A DNA stretch of 64,000 nt from the NCBI GenBank assembly GCA_021799485.1, contig JAJZAK010000001.1, forward strand, positions 34,458 to 98,457. The letters are read 5' to 3'. Both the position numbers and the translations under genes were made by a program. The notes below the pieces were generated by a model that was not told the origin of the DNA, searched no databases, and worked only from the letters and a program-made list of their open reading frames with translations. Within the stretch, counting starts at the first letter, position 1. Each line of letters opens with the position of its first letter. The DNA is from a bacterium. Lineage in GTDB: Bacteria > Elusimicrobiota > Elusimicrobia > UBA1565 > UBA9628. Shown piece by piece: positions 62,625-64,000 of this stretch.

Positions 62625-63326
62625 TTATTGACAACCCGCCGGACAGCCGGCGTAATTATTCTGGCTCGCGTAGAGACCTTGGCCGCCCGCAACGATGCCG
62701 GGCGGCGGCGCTCCATTCGCCCCCCCATTGGGATTCGGGCATAGACAGCCGTCGCCGTTTGTGGGCGCGGCGGCCATCACATAATAGCCCCACCCTTTAT
62801 AGGGCGTCGAATTGCTTTCCGCGGAAGGCGATTGGCATACGCCCCCTCCTCCCGGGGTCTGCCTCTGGGCGCAGGCGTAGGCCGAAACCCCCGAACAAGG
62901 CAGGCTGCCGGCGCCGTTGCCGACATAGTACAGGTAAGGCTGGCAGTCGAAGTCGTGCATGGTGATGTAGCCGCAGGCGACCAACTGGCAAGGATCGGCG
63001 TTGGGGGGGGCCGTATTTCCGGGATTATGGCACAAGTTGTTGCCGTCGTAGCAGCATTGCGCGGCGCAGGCGTTGTTCAACGGGCCATTGCCTTGAAACC
63101 CGGTCATCATGGGGAAATCGGCTAAATAGGATCGCACCGCGCCGGCCAATATCGATGTGCGGGCCGCGGCGGCATTGGCCTTGGCTACCTCGACCGACTT
63201 CAAGTATTGGGGGATGGCAATGGCGACCAGGATCCCGAGAATGAGCACCGTGACCATAAGCTCGACCAAGGTAAAGCCGGCATGATTGCCTCCCGGCGGC
63301 TTCCCTTCCCCACCGAAGCATTTCAT
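62625..63326 (-). CDS. type IV pilin-like protein, Cys-rich paralog
   Basis: GFTLVELMVTVLILGILVAIAIPQY (prepilin motif), about 15 Cys. Motif DPCQLVACGYITMHDFDCQPYLY. Confidence 0.65.
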   Translation of the reverse strand: MKCFGGEGKPPGGNHAGFTLVELMVTVLILGILVAIAIPQYLKSVEVAKANAAAARTSILAGAVRSYLADFPMMTGFQGNGPLNNACAAQCCYDGNNLCHNPGNTAPPNADPCQLVACGYITMHDFDCQPYLYYVGNGAGSLPCSGVSAYACAQRQTPGGGGVCQSPSAESNSTPYKGWGYYVMAAAPTNGDGCLCPNPNGGANGAPPPGIVAGGQGLYASQNNYAGCPAGCQ

Positions 63327-63365
63327 GGCGTTCTAACGGCTTGCGCCTCCTTTCGGTTCATGACT

Positions 63366-64000
63366 TCAATGAGAGCTCATGGTCGCGAGCTTAAAGATCG
63401 GAAGATAGATGGCCAGCACGACGATCGCCACGAGGACGCCGATCGAAACGACGGCCAGCGGCTCGACGAGCGTTGTGAACCTCAAGATGAACTGAGTGAT
63501 GCGCCGCTGGAAGAACAGGGCGAGAGTCTTGAGCATCTCGGGCAACTTGCCGGATTCCTCCCCCATGAACATCATCTCGATCACGAGCGGCGGCAGAACG
63601 CCGCCGCGACGGAACGCTCCGGAGATGGATTTCCCACTGGCGACGTCTTCCTTGACGTTCTTGAGCATGCGGTGGAAGATGATGTTCTTGGCGAAGAGGC
63701 CCTCGAGGACTGCGAGGGCATTGAGGATGCTGACGCCGCTCTCGATGAGCGTCGACAGCGTCGAAAGGAGGCGCTCGACGAAGATGTTGGTGAAAAAGGC
63801 GCCGAACACCGGCATCTCGAGAATCATCCGCCATTTGGCGACTTGGCCCGCCTCGGTCACGGCATAGGCGCTCCAGCCGAGCCAGCCCGTGATCGCGGCG
63901 ATCACGATGAACATCCAGTCGTGAACGATGAACTCCGAAACGGCGATCACCATCTTCGTCAGGAGAGGCAGCTCCATGTGGAACTCTTTAAAAATCTCCG
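63366..64000 (-). CDS. type II secretion / type IV pilus platform protein GspF/PilC, C-terminal part (N-terminus beyond window end)
   Basis: GspF repeat-domain motifs (ESGVSILNALAVLEG, MMFMGEESGKLPEMLKTLALFF) and C-terminal TM helix. Confidence 0.75.
   Translation of the reverse strand, partial: EIFKEFHMELPLLTKMVIAVSEFIVHDWMFIVIAAITGWLGWSAYAVTEAGQVAKWRMILEMPVFGAFFTNIFVERLLSTLSTLIESGVSILNALAVLEGLFAKNIIFHRMLKNVKEDVASGKSISGAFRRGGVLPPLVIEMMFMGEESGKLPEMLKTLALFFQRRITQFILRFTTLVEPLAVVSIGVLVAIVVLAIYLPIFKLATMSSH

Noticed and set aside
1-64000. CRISPR arrays, rRNA genes, IS elements, integrases, phage genes, toxin-antitoxin pairs
   Set aside because: None detected. No short regularly spaced direct repeats, no transposase or integrase motifs, and no rRNA-like segments.

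Overview
This 64 kb window is a high-GC (about 65-67 %) chromosomal segment of a diderm (LPS-producing) bacterium. It is almost completely coding, and many neighbouring genes overlap by a 4-bp ATGA stop/start junction.

Housekeeping genes form three blocks. The first is def-fmt-(PASTA protein)-rpe. The second is rpsP-(KH protein)-trmD-rplS-rnhB-yraN. The third is an LPS core / Lpt cluster: two GT9 heptosyltransferases, a GT2, a CE4 deacetylase, lpxK, a DUF3108 protein, a heptose-7-phosphate kinase, pyrG, kdsA and lptC/A/B.

Other recognisable genes include:
- a split transketolase
- a nucleoside salvage set (NCS2-like permease, nupC, punA, pyrimidine-nucleoside phosphorylase, upp) beside a Crp/Fnr regulator
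- tRNA-His and a tmRNA (ssrA) that no ORF-track entry reflects
- two tandem GGDEF cyclases
- a homogentisate-pathway pair (HGD + FAH)
- uvrA
- a histidine kinase / response regulator pair
- a ZIP metal transporter

Six groups of observations deserve a second look.
1. A family of two paralogous structured intergenic elements (about 220-265 bp), each closed by a perfect 25-31 bp AT-rich inverted repeat, around a conserved GC-rich core. The closing stems differ in sequence while the core is about 80 % identical, which suggests a structured RNA or a MITE-like element.
2. An operon of unusually cysteine-rich type IV pilin / T2SS pseudopilin-like proteins (10-16 Cys each, shared DPCQ-VACGY-DF-C-PYLY motif) next to a partial gspF/pilC.
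3. A hopanoid side-chain-like module: a B12-binding radical SAM (HpnJ-like), a GT21-like glycosyltransferase (HpnI-like), a YdjC/HpnK-like deacetylase, plus an inserted lysyl-PG-synthase-like membrane protein.
4. A four-gene translationally coupled operon of unknown function: HAD hydrolase, nucleotidyltransferase, ATP-grasp ligase, class III aminotransferase.
5. A radical SAM enzyme with extra Cys clusters, coupled to a VanX-like D-Ala-D-Ala dipeptidase.
6. A 30-bp perfect inverted repeat whose loop holds the start codon of an LPS-core glycosyltransferase.

No CRISPR array, rRNA gene, integrase or transposase was seen.
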